A stretch of DNA of 64,000 nucleotides from Burkholderiales bacterium (GTDB lineage: Bacteria > Pseudomonadota > Gammaproteobacteria > Burkholderiales > SG8-39), in assembly GCA_036560705.1 (NCBI GenBank), contig DATBQR010000010.1:13563-77562 (forward strand), read 5' to 3'. This document shows positions 38,798 to 47,520 of the stretch, piece by piece. How positions within the stretch are numbered: position 1 is the stretch's first letter; each line of letters begins with the position of its first letter. The notes below the pieces were generated by a model, which ran no database searches, was not told where the DNA came from, and saw only the letters and a program-made list of their open reading frames with translations. Position numbers and translations under genes: made by a program.

Positions 38798-39805
38798 CTA
38801 CTTCGCCGCCGCGAAGGCGTCGTCGATCACCTTGGGCGAGCTCACCTGCGTCTTGAGCCACTCGATGACCGGACCCTGGATCGCCTTGCGGAATTCCTCC
38901 TTCTGCGCGGGCGAGAGCTCGATTACCTGCACGCCCGCGGCCTTCACCGCCGCCAGCGCCTCGCCCTCGGCCTTGCGCGAGCCTTCGCGGTTGAAGGCAA
39001 TCGCCTTCCTGGCCGCGGCGTCCACCGCCGCCTTCTCGGACGCGGAGAGGCTGTTGTAGAACGCGTCGTTGATGCCTAGCACGCCGACCGCGTAGCTGTG
39101 CCCCGAGAGCAGCAGGTATTTCTGCACTTCCTGCAGCTTGACGAGCCGGAACACGCTCACGGAGTTGTCCTGGCCGTCGACGACGCCGGTCTTGAGCGAG
39201 GTGTAGAGCTCGTTGAAGGCGATCGGCGAGGCCGAGCCCTTCATCGCCTCCACCGGGCGCACGGCGAGCGGGCCCATGGCGCGGATCTTCTGTCCGGCGA
39301 AATCGGCGGTGCCGTGGATCGGCTTGTTGGAGCTGTAGTGCTTGAAGCCGCCCGACTCCCACCAGCCGAGCACGCGGATGCCCGTCTTCGCACGCAGGTC
39401 CTCGGCCATGCGCCGGCCGAAGGGCCCGTCGAGCACCTTCCACGCCGCCTGCTCGGTCGGGAAGAGATACGGAATGTTGAACACCTGGATGTCCGGGTAG
39501 ACCGTCGCGTAGTTGCCGTCGGCGGCGTCCGACATCTGGATCGCGCCGCGCCGCATCTGGTTCAGGCGGTCGTTCGGATTGCCGAGCGCGCCGCCGTAGA
39601 CGAGGTCCACCGTCACGGCGCCCCTGGTCGCGCTCTCGACGTCGGCCTTGAACAGCTCGTACATGCCGTTGATGAAGTCGAAGCCCGGCGCCCCCTTGGA
39701 GAGCGAGAGCCCGACCTTGATCGTCTTTTGCGCCTGCGCCGCGGCGGGCACGGCGAGCAGGACTGCGGCCACGGTAGCGGCGAAACTGCGCACGAGCACG
39801 TTCAT
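38798..39805 (-). CDS. TRAP transporter substrate-binding protein (DctP-type)
   Basis: 335 aa. Signal peptide (..LLAVPAAAQA). DctP-family blocks (LVYGGALG, R.MGP). Confidence 0.88.
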   Translation of the reverse strand: MNVLVRSFAATVAAVLLAVPAAAQAQKTIKVGLSLSKGAPGFDFINGMYELFKADVESATRGAVTVDLVYGGALGNPNDRLNQMRRGAIQMSDAADGNYATVYPDIQVFNIPYLFPTEQAAWKVLDGPFGRRMAEDLRAKTGIRVLGWWESGGFKHYSSNKPIHGTADFAGQKIRAMGPLAVRPVEAMKGSASPIAFNELYTSLKTGVVDGQDNSVSVFRLVKLQEVQKYLLLSGHSYAVGVLGINDAFYNSLSASEKAAVDAAARKAIAFNREGSRKAEGEALAAVKAAGVQVIELSPAQKEEFRKAIQGPVIEWLKTQVSSPKVIDDAFAAAK

Positions 39806-40935
39806 CTGGATCTCCTTGAGTGAAGGACCTGCGAGAGGCGGCGGCCGAGCTCCCGGATATCGGCAGCGCGGTGATAAAGCGGGCTCAGCCCGAAGCGGAC
39901 GATGTCCGGCGGACGGTAAGAGGCGACGATGTGCCGGCGCTCGAGCGCGGCGACGAGCTGTTTTGCGGCGGGATAACGGAAGGCGACGAAGCCGCCGCGC
40001 CGTTCCGGGTCAAGCGGACTGACGAGCGTAAAGGCCTGCGGCGCGAGCCTGATGAGCAACTCGGAAAGCGCGGCGTGCCGGGCAAACAGGCTCGAAAGAC
40101 GCTCTTTCGAAAAGACGTCGAGGGCAGCCTCGAAAAAAACGTTTCCGCTCACCGCGGGCGTACCGACTACGTGGCGCTGGATCCCGCGCGCGGGCCGGAA
40201 GCGCGGCTCGAAATCCATGGGCGCCGCGTGGCCGAACCAGCCCTGGATCGCGGGCATGGCCTTCGCCTGGTGGCGCGGCGCCACGTAGAGATAGCCCGGC
40301 GCGCCGGGACCGCCGCAGAGATACTTGTAGCCGCAGCCCACCGCGAAGTCCGCGCCGCCGCGGGCGACCTCGGTCGGCACTGCGCCCGCGGAGTGCGACA
40401 GGTCCCAGACCGCGACGGCGCCGGCCGCGTGCGCGCGCTGCGTGAGCGCCCGCAGGTCATGCCGGTAGCCTGTCCGGTAATCCGTATGGCTCAGGAACAG
40501 CACAGCGGTACGGCGCGTGATGCGGGATTCCAGCGGCGCGCCCTCTTTGACCAACCTCAAGCTCAAGCCATGCGTGCGAGCGACGTTTTCCGCGACGTAG
40601 AGGTCCGTGGGGAACGTGCCGGCCTCGCTGAGAATTTCCCGGCGGGCGGGCTTGACCTGCAAGGCCAGGGTGAGCGCCTTGTGCAGGTTGACCGAAGTGC
40701 TGTCGCCCACGACCACGCTGCCGCGCGGCGCGCCGATCACGGGCGCGAGCTTGTCGCCAAGGCGTCGGGGCGCCTCCAGCCAGTCGGCTTCGCTCCAGCC
40801 GCGCCGCCGCAGGCGCTGCCATTCGTCGATCAGGCGCGCCATGCGCCGCGGCGCCGAGCGCGGCATGGCGCCGACCGAATTGGCGTCGAAATAGAGGAAG
40901 CCCGCCTGCCCTGCGGCGAACCGGGAGGCGCTCAC
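39802..40935 (-). CDS. kynU: kynureninase
   Basis: 377 aa from GTG 40935 (GTGA overlap with the MarR stop), the tail of track ORF 39802..41418. FDANSVGAMP, GDSTSVNLHKAL, WDLSHSAGAVP and GCGYKYLCGGPGAPGY (PLP-Lys) blocks. Confidence 0.85.
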   Translation of the reverse strand: MSASRFAAGQAGFLYFDANSVGAMPRSAPRRMARLIDEWQRLRRRGWSEADWLEAPRRLGDKLAPVIGAPRGSVVVGDSTSVNLHKALTLALQVKPARREILSEAGTFPTDLYVAENVARTHGLSLRLVKEGAPLESRITRRTAVLFLSHTDYRTGYRHDLRALTQRAHAAGAVAVWDLSHSAGAVPTEVARGGADFAVGCGYKYLCGGPGAPGYLYVAPRHQAKAMPAIQGWFGHAAPMDFEPRFRPARGIQRHVVGTPAVSGNVFFEAALDVFSKERLSSLFARHAALSELLIRLAPQAFTLVSPLDPERRGGFVAFRYPAAKQLVAALERRHIVASYRPPDIVRFGLSPLYHRAADIRELGRRLSQVLHSRRSR

Positions 40936-41390
40936 GCGGCCCCCTCGGCGTCGATCGTCGCGAGCACCTTGCCGAGCAGGCGCGCCAGCGTGCGCTCCTC
41001 GCCGGCGGTCAGCTCGCGCGTGGCGCGCCGCTGGTGCATGCGCGCCACCGGGAAGATGCGTTCGAAGAGGGCGCGGCCGCGCGCGGCAAGGAAGATGCGC
41101 CCGACGCGGCGGTCGGCCTCGCCCGCCTCGCGGCGCACCAGGCCGTCGCGCCGCATCTGGTCCACCACGCGCGAGATCACCGACTGCTCCATGACCGTGA
41201 CGGCGGCGAGCTCCGAAAGGCCGCGGCCATCGCGCGCCGCGAGCACCGCGAGCACGCGCCAGCGATGGATGGTGACGCCCGCGGCCCGCATTTCCCCGCG
41301 CAGGTGCGCGTTCAGCCGCCGCGACACCCGGAACAGCAGGTACGGTATGAAGCGCTCCAACTCGATCGAGCCGGCGGCCGCGGCACTCAT
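40932..41390 (-). CDS. MarR family transcriptional regulator
   Basis: 152 aa. LSELAAVTVMEQSVISRVVDQMRRDGLVRR..DRRV winged-helix core. Confidence 0.8.
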   Translation of the reverse strand: MSAAAAGSIELERFIPYLLFRVSRRLNAHLRGEMRAAGVTIHRWRVLAVLAARDGRGLSELAAVTVMEQSVISRVVDQMRRDGLVRREAGEADRRVGRIFLAARGRALFERIFPVARMHQRRATRELTAGEERTLARLLGKVLATIDAEGAA

Positions 41391-41404
41391 GGAAAACAGT
41401 ATTA

Positions 41405-41419
41405 CATGCTGTTAGCATG
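41405..41419. promoter_or_regulatory. inverted repeat CATGCT-gtt-AGCATG in a 36-bp divergent intergenic region
   Basis: Read directly. It is the only spacer between the MarR/kynureninase operon start (41390) and the hydantoinase A start (41427). Confidence 0.4.
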
Positions 41420-41426
41420 CAAGTCC

Positions 41427-43505
41427 ATGGCTACTCCCCGGGCTCGCCTCGCCGCCGACATCGGCGGCACCTTCACCGACGTGGTGCTGGAGCATGCCGG
41501 CCGGCGCCATTCGGCCAAGGTGCTGACCACGCCGCGCGCGCCCGAGGCGGGCATGCTCGAAGGGATCGCGAAAGTGCTGGCTGCCGCGGGGCTCGTCCCC
41601 GGCGATGTCGGCGTCCTGGTGCACGGCACCACGCTCGCCACCAACGCGCTGATCGAACGCAAGGGCGCGCGCACTGCGTTCGTCACCACTGCGGGCTTTC
41701 GCGATGTGCTCGAGATGGGCTACGAGAAGCGCTACGAGCACTACGACCTCAACCTCGAGCTGCCGCCGCCGCTGGTGCCCAGGGGGCTTCGGTTTGCCGC
41801 GACGGAACGGATGACCGCGAAAGGGAAGATTGAAACGCCTTTCGATCTCAAGGGTTTTGACCACCTGGTCGGAAAAATAAAAAGCGCCAACGTCGAAGCC
41901 GTCGCCGTCGGCTTCCTGCATTCCTACGTAAATGACGTCCATGAAAAACAGGCGGAGAAACTGCTCGCCGCCGCTCTGCCCGGCCTGTCCATCACGCTCT
42001 CTTCCGCCGTATGCCCGGAGATGCGCGAGTACGAGCGCTTTTCCACTGCCTGCGCCAACGCCTATGTGCAACCGCTCATGTCCGGCTACCTGGCGAGGCT
42101 CGCCGCGGAGCTGAAGCGGCGCGGCTTCGGCTGCCCGTTGTATCTGATGACTTCCGGCGGCGGCCTCACCACACTGGAGACCGCGCGCCGCTTCCCGGTG
42201 CGCCTGGTGGAATCCGGCCCCGCCGGCGGCGCGATCCTCGCCGCCGGTATCGCGCGCGAAACCGGCATCGCCGAGGTGCTGTCCTTCGACATGGGCGGCA
42301 CCACCGCCAAGATCTGCTACATCAGTGGCGGCCGCCCGGAGCAGTCGCGCAAGTTCGAGGTGGCGCGCGTCTGGCGCAACCTGAAGGGCAGCGGCCTGCC
42401 GCTGCGCGTGCCGGTGACCGAGATGGTCGAGATCGGCGCCGGCGGCGGCTCCATCGCGCGCCTGGACGAACTCAAGCGCATCCAGGTCGGGCCGGCGAGC
42501 GCCGGCGCGGAACCCGGCCCCGCCTGCTACGGCCGCGGCGGTACAGAACCGACGGTGACGGATGCCGACGTCGCGCTGGGCCGCGTTGACCCGCTGGCGT
42601 TCGCTGGCGGAACCATTCAGTTGAATTTTCAAAAAGCAAAAAACACAATTCTCGCGCGCATCGGCACGCCGCTCGGCCTGGATGCGAACTGGGCGGCCGC
42701 CGGCATCGGCGAGATCGTCGAGGAGAACATGGCGAGCGCCGCGCGCGTGCACGCCATCGAGCGCGGCAAAGTCGCCGAGCGCTGCACCATGATCGCCTTC
42801 GGCGGCGGCGCGCCGCTGCACGCCGCGCGCCTGGCGGCAAAGCTCGGCGTGGGCAAGGTGCTGGTGCCGGTGGACGCAAGCGTCGGCTCGGCCGTCGGCT
42901 TCCTGCGTGCGCCGGTGTCGTTCGAGGTCGTCCGCAGTTTGCTATTGCGGGATGATTCCTTTGAATTTTCACGGGCAAATCTTTTCCTGGGGAAAATGCA
43001 AGACGAAGCCTCAGCCATCGTCTCCGCCGGCGCGCTGGGCGCGAAGCTGCAGGCGCATCGCTCGGTGGAGATGCGCTACGAAGGCCAGGGCCACGAAATC
43101 TCCGTGCCGCTGCCGGCCGGCAAGCTGCGGGCCGCGGACGCGAAGAAGCTGCGCGCAGCCTACGAAGCGCGCTACGAACAGCAGTTCGGCCTCAGGATTG
43201 CGGACGTCCCCGTGGAGTTTCTGGCCTGGTCCGTCAATGTCTCGACTGTTGCCGCCGACAGGAAGAATTCGAATAAAAAAATAAAAAAATCCAGGGCAAT
43301 TCCGGGAAGCAAACGGGCGGTCTTCGATCCCGCTTCGGGAAAGCTGGAAAGCATCCCTTCGTTCCGGCGCCAGGATCTTGCGCCCGGCATGCAGCTCGCC
43401 GGGCCGGCGCTGGTCGCCGAGCCGCAGACCACCACGCTGGTGCCGCGGGGCTGGCGCTGCAGCGTCGCCGCCGCAGGACACCTGATTCTCGAGAGAACAA
43501 AATGA
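41427..43505 (+). CDS. hydantoinase/oxoprolinase family A subunit (HyuA-like)
   Basis: 692 aa from ATG 41427 (track ORF 41034 trimmed). ADIGGTFTDVV, HGTTLATNALIERKG and FDMGGTTAKI ATPase-fold motifs. Confidence 0.88.
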   Translation: MATPRARLAADIGGTFTDVVLEHAGRRHSAKVLTTPRAPEAGMLEGIAKVLAAAGLVPGDVGVLVHGTTLATNALIERKGARTAFVTTAGFRDVLEMGYEKRYEHYDLNLELPPPLVPRGLRFAATERMTAKGKIETPFDLKGFDHLVGKIKSANVEAVAVGFLHSYVNDVHEKQAEKLLAAALPGLSITLSSAVCPEMREYERFSTACANAYVQPLMSGYLARLAAELKRRGFGCPLYLMTSGGGLTTLETARRFPVRLVESGPAGGAILAAGIARETGIAEVLSFDMGGTTAKICYISGGRPEQSRKFEVARVWRNLKGSGLPLRVPVTEMVEIGAGGGSIARLDELKRIQVGPASAGAEPGPACYGRGGTEPTVTDADVALGRVDPLAFAGGTIQLNFQKAKNTILARIGTPLGLDANWAAAGIGEIVEENMASAARVHAIERGKVAERCTMIAFGGGAPLHAARLAAKLGVGKVLVPVDASVGSAVGFLRAPVSFEVVRSLLLRDDSFEFSRANLFLGKMQDEASAIVSAGALGAKLQAHRSVEMRYEGQGHEISVPLPAGKLRAADAKKLRAAYEARYEQQFGLRIADVPVEFLAWSVNVSTVAADRKNSNKKIKKSRAIPGSKRAVFDPASGKLESIPSFRRQDLAPGMQLAGPALVAEPQTTTLVPRGWRCSVAAAGHLILERTK

Positions 43506-45076
43506 AAACTCAGAAGCAGCAATTGATCCGCCAAATCCTGTGGAACCGCCTGATCGCGGTGGTCGAGGAGCAGGCCAACGTGCTGCTCAAGACCGCCTTC
43601 GGGCCGATCACGCGCGAGGCGGGCGACCTGTCGGCCGGCGTCTACGACACGAAGGGCCGCATGCTCGCCCAGGCGGTCACCGGCACGCCCGGGCACGTGA
43701 ACACCATGGCGACGGCGGTGGCGCATTTCCTCGAGCGCTTCCCCGCGCGCACGCTCAAGCCGGGCGACGTGCTGGTGACCAACGATCCGTGGATGGGCAC
43801 CGGGCACCTGTTCGATTTCGTCACCGTGACGCCGGCGTTCCTGAAGAAGAAGCTGATCGGCTTCTTCGCCTCCACCTGCCACGTCATCGACATCGGCGGG
43901 CGCGGCTTCGTGGCGGAGGCGACCTCGGTCTACGAGGAAGGCCTGCACGTGCCGCACATGAAATTGATCGATACCGGCAAAAGGAACGAAACCCTGTTCG
44001 CGATGCTGATGAGCAACGTGCGCGAGCCCATGCAGGTGCGCGGCGACATCCTGGGTCTCGTATCGTGCAACGAAGTGGCGGCGCGGCGTCTGGCAGCGAT
44101 GCTGGAAGAATTCGGCCTCAGCGAACTCGACGCGCTGGGCGAGTACATCGTCTCGACTTCGCGCGCTTCGATGCGCGAAGCGGTGCGCAAGCTGCCGCGC
44201 GGCACCTGGAGCGCTTCGATGCTGCTGGACGGCTACGAGTCGCCCATCGAGCTGAAGGCCGCGCTCACCGTGAGCGGGGATGGCATCCACGTCGACTACG
44301 CCGGCAGCTCGCCCGCCTCGCGCTTCGGCATCAATTCGCCCAAGTGCTACACCGACGCCTACACCTCGTTCGGCGTGAAGTGCATCGTCGCGCCCGGCAT
44401 CCCGAACAACGCCGGCTCGCTGGAAGTCGTCACCGTTTCCGCGCCGGAGGATTCCATCGTGCATCCCCTCCGTCCCCGCGCGGTCACTGCCCGTCATGTC
44501 ATCGGCCAGATGCTGCCCGAACTCGTATTCGACTGTTTCGACGAACCGCTCGCGGGCAAGGTCCCCGCGGAGGGCGCCGGCAGCATGTGGGTGCTCGGCC
44601 TCTCGGGCGGGCCGCAGGTCGAAGGCGCGCGGCCGGACGCGACGCGCTTCAACGCCATCTCCATCGGCATCGGCGGCATGGGCGCGCGCCCGGCCAAGGC
44701 CGGCCTCTCCACCACCGCCTTCCCGAGCGGCGTCGGCGCGATCCCGGTGGAAATCACCGAAGCGCAGTCGCCGCTCCTCTTCCGCCGGCGCGAATTCGCC
44801 GACGGCTCGGGCGGCGGCGGCAAACAGCAGGGCGGCCTGGGCGCGGTGATCGAGATCGAGAGCACCGAGGCGGCGCCTTTCAGCATCGCCTGCGCCACCT
44901 TCGACCGCCGCCGCAACCCCGCGCGCGGCCGCGCCGGCGGCGCCGACGGCCGCGTCGGCCGCGTCACCCTCGCCAGCGGCAAGGTTCTCCCCGGCAAGGA
45001 AACGTACGTGGTGCCCGCAGGCGATCGTCTCATCGCCGAGATGCCCGGCGGCGGCGGCTACGGCAAGAAATCCTGA
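43502..45076 (+). CDS. hydantoinase B/oxoprolinase family subunit (HyuB-like)
   Basis: 524 aa. ATGA overlap with the A subunit. NDPW.GTGHL.D and C-terminal GGGGYG blocks. Confidence 0.88.
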   Translation: MKTQKQQLIRQILWNRLIAVVEEQANVLLKTAFGPITREAGDLSAGVYDTKGRMLAQAVTGTPGHVNTMATAVAHFLERFPARTLKPGDVLVTNDPWMGTGHLFDFVTVTPAFLKKKLIGFFASTCHVIDIGGRGFVAEATSVYEEGLHVPHMKLIDTGKRNETLFAMLMSNVREPMQVRGDILGLVSCNEVAARRLAAMLEEFGLSELDALGEYIVSTSRASMREAVRKLPRGTWSASMLLDGYESPIELKAALTVSGDGIHVDYAGSSPASRFGINSPKCYTDAYTSFGVKCIVAPGIPNNAGSLEVVTVSAPEDSIVHPLRPRAVTARHVIGQMLPELVFDCFDEPLAGKVPAEGAGSMWVLGLSGGPQVEGARPDATRFNAISIGIGGMGARPAKAGLSTTAFPSGVGAIPVEITEAQSPLLFRRREFADGSGGGGKQQGGLGAVIEIESTEAAPFSIACATFDRRRNPARGRAGGADGRVGRVTLASGKVLPGKETYVVPAGDRLIAEMPGGGGYGKKS

Positions 45077-45087
45077 ATTCCCGCCGG

Positions 45088-45651
45088 TCAGCCGGCGACG
45101 ACGGTCTGGATGGCTTCGAGCAGGACGCTGGGCAGCACCGGCTTGGTGATGTAGCCGTTGGCGCCCAACTGCAGGCCGCGCGCCACGTCTTTCCCCTCGC
45201 CGAGCGAGGTCAGCAGCAGCACCGGGATGTCGGCGAGCGCCGGGTGGTGGCGGATCCGGTTCAGCACGTCGAAGCCGTTGGCATCGGGCAGCAGGACATC
45301 GAGCAGCACCAGGTGCGGAGCGGGCTTGCCGGCCAGACCCTGCACGATCTCGGCGCGGTTGCGCGCGCGCAGCGTCTGGCAGCCGAAGGTGTGCACCACT
45401 TTTTCGATCAGCATCGCCATGCCCTCGTCGTCCTCGACGATCAGCACGCGTATCTTGTGCGGGTTGAGCAGCTTGCGCACGGGCCTGTCGCCCTCGACGA
45501 GTACGCGCGTGTAGTAGCCTTTTTCCCTCAGCGCCGCCGCGCCGATCGTGCCCAGCCGGTCGACGTCGCGCTCGTCCTGCGCCGACAGTACCGGCTCGGG
45601 CACCGTGTACTGGACGCTGAAATGCTGGCTGAGGTCGAGGTCTTCTGACAT
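45088..45651 (-). CDS. single-domain response regulator (receiver) with N-terminal extension
   Basis: 187 aa from ATG 45651. Receiver core VLIVEDDEGM...LVLLDVLLPDANG...LLLTS...GANGYITKP, preceded by about 65 aa of unrecognised sequence. No output domain. Confidence 0.8.
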   Translation of the reverse strand: MSEDLDLSQHFSVQYTVPEPVLSAQDERDVDRLGTIGAAALREKGYYTRVLVEGDRPVRKLLNPHKIRVLIVEDDEGMAMLIEKVVHTFGCQTLRARNRAEIVQGLAGKPAPHLVLLDVLLPDANGFDVLNRIRHHPALADIPVLLLTSLGEGKDVARGLQLGANGYITKPVLPSVLLEAIQTVVAG

Positions 45652-45686
45652 CCGGCGCCATTCTAGCCTTGCGCCGGAATGGGCCG

Positions 45687-46994
45687 CTAGGAGGAAGGCT
45701 GCGCCAAGTCCGCTTTCGTGGCCGGTACGGAGTAGCTCGCGTCCGGGTGCTTCGGCAGCGATTCCTCCCATGCCAGGTAGCGCGAGCGCAGCGCGGCGAG
45801 GCGCGCGGGTTCGCGCTTGCCGAAGTTGGCCCGCTCGCGCTCGTCCCGCGCCAGGTTGAAGAGGAACTCGTCGCCTTCGACCGACAGGTATTTCCAGTCG
45901 CCCGCGCGCAGCGCTTTCTGGTTCCGGTAGAGCATTTTCCAGTACAACTCGCGCTCGAAAGTCTTTTTCGGCTTCTGCAGCACGTCCAACAGGCTCTTGC
46001 CGTCCAGCGGATAATTTTTATCCGGCGAGACCTTTGCAATGTCCAGAATGGTGGCGACCCAGTCCATGGTGATCGCCTGCTGCGTCGTGACACCCCCGGC
46101 CTTCACCTTCGCGGGCCAGCGCACGATGTAGGGCACGCGGATGCCGCCCTCGAGCAGGTCCATTTTCCTGCCGACGAGCGGCCAGGTGTCGGAGAAGCGC
46201 TCGCCGCCGTTGTCGCTGGTGAAGACGACGACGGTGTTTCTCTCGAGTTTTAGTTTTTTCAATGAAAATAAAATTCGGCCAATTCCCTCGTCCATCTGCC
46301 GGATCATGGTTCGATAGGTCGCCACCGAGCCGCCGTCGAAGTGGTAGATCTTGCTCGGAACCTGCGCGATGCGCTTCGATTCGTCTTCGTCGGCGCGCGT
46401 CAGCCAGGGCCAGTGCGGCGCGTTGTAATGCACGGAGAGGAAAAACGGCTGCCGCTTTTTTCTCCTGATGAATGAAACCGCTTTTTCGGAAATCAGATCC
46501 GTGAGATATCCCTTGCGGAACACCTCCTTCTCGCCTTCCCACAGGTCGTGGTTGCCCGCGGTGTCCTTGTGGCTGAAGTAGTCCATGCCGCCCGACAGCG
46601 CGCCGAAGAATTCCTCGTAGCCGCTCTTCAAGGGACCGAAGTGCGGCGGATAGCCGAGGTGCCACTTGCCGGCGAGGCCGGTGGCGTAGCCGGCGTCGCG
46701 CAGCAGCGAAGGCAGCGTCGGGTGCGACGGCGGCAGCCCGAGGCCGGCGTCGCCGCGCGCGTTGCTGCGGATCGGCTCGTCCGCCCCGCCGCGCAGCCGG
46801 TGCTGCCAGCGGCCGGTCATCAGCGCGAAGCGCGTCGGCGAGCAGACCGAGGAGTTGGCGTAGCCCTGCGTGAAACGCAGTCCCCCGCGCGCCAGGCGGT
46901 CGAGCGCGGGGGAGCAAGCCGATCTTCCGCCGTAACAACCCAGGTCGGCGTACCCCAGGTCGTCGGCCAGGATGAAAATGAAATTCGGCTGCAA
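45687..46994 (-). CDS. Cys-type sulfatase (arylsulfatase family)
   Basis: 435 aa. ILADDLGYADLGCYG and the signature CSPTRFALMTGR (CxPxR). Starts directly at the conserved core with no signal peptide. Confidence 0.88.
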   Translation of the reverse strand: MQPNFIFILADDLGYADLGCYGGRSACSPALDRLARGGLRFTQGYANSSVCSPTRFALMTGRWQHRLRGGADEPIRSNARGDAGLGLPPSHPTLPSLLRDAGYATGLAGKWHLGYPPHFGPLKSGYEEFFGALSGGMDYFSHKDTAGNHDLWEGEKEVFRKGYLTDLISEKAVSFIRRKKRQPFFLSVHYNAPHWPWLTRADEDESKRIAQVPSKIYHFDGGSVATYRTMIRQMDEGIGRILFSLKKLKLERNTVVVFTSDNGGERFSDTWPLVGRKMDLLEGGIRVPYIVRWPAKVKAGGVTTQQAITMDWVATILDIAKVSPDKNYPLDGKSLLDVLQKPKKTFERELYWKMLYRNQKALRAGDWKYLSVEGDEFLFNLARDERERANFGKREPARLAALRSRYLAWEESLPKHPDASYSVPATKADLAQPSS

Positions 46995-46995
46995 A

Positions 46996-47505
46996 TTACT
47001 TCGGCGCCTGCGCCTGCCTCTGCTCTTGCGCCGCCACCGCCAGCTTGAGCGCCTTGTATTCCCGGCAGCCGGCGCCGCAGAGCTTCTCGAGTTCGGCCAG
47101 ATGCTCGCGCGCCTTCACCACGTTGCCCGTCATCAGGTAGGCCTCGCCGATGTACTCGTGCGCGCCGAGGTGGCGCGGATCGAGGCGCAGCGCCTCGTTG
47201 TAGTGGCGGAACACTTCGTCCATGGCCGGGTTCGGGCCCTTGCGGATCGAATAGGCGTACAGGTTGTGGGCGTCGGCGCTCTGCGGATCGCGCTGCACCG
47301 CCTGCCGCAGGAGGGCCTGCGCTGCCGTCCAGTCCTGCCGCGCGATCGCCGCGCGCGCCGATTCGAGCTGCTCGCTCTTCTTGTCCGGGTCCTTCGGGTC
47401 CGGCTTCGGGTCGGGCTTGGGAGTGTCCATCGCGAACGCCGTCGCAGCGGTGAACAGGGCTATCATAAGTGCATGAATCGAAGCGTTCTTCAGGGCGGCT
47501 TTCAT
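46996..47505 (-). CDS. secreted TPR-repeat protein
   Basis: 169 aa. Signal peptide, then a PKPDPKPDPKDPDKK low-complexity linker, TPR-like helices, and C-terminal LCGAGC. Confidence 0.7.
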   Translation of the reverse strand: MKAALKNASIHALMIALFTAATAFAMDTPKPDPKPDPKDPDKKSEQLESARAAIARQDWTAAQALLRQAVQRDPQSADAHNLYAYSIRKGPNPAMDEVFRHYNEALRLDPRHLGAHEYIGEAYLMTGNVVKAREHLAELEKLCGAGCREYKALKLAVAAQEQRQAQAPK

Positions 47506-47520
47506 CGGGATCTCCTGTGG

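Noticed and set aside
45077-45100. GCCGG-TCAG-CCGGC hairpin between the convergent hydantoinase B and receiver genes as a bidirectional terminator.
   Set aside because: The stem is only 5 bp, overlaps the receiver stop codon and has no flanking T/A tracts. This is too weak to call.
47385-47430. Short tandem GGGTC/CGGGTC-like DNA periodicity.
   Set aside because: It is the coding sequence of the PKPDPKPDPKDPDKK low-complexity linker of the secreted TPR protein, not an independent repeat element.
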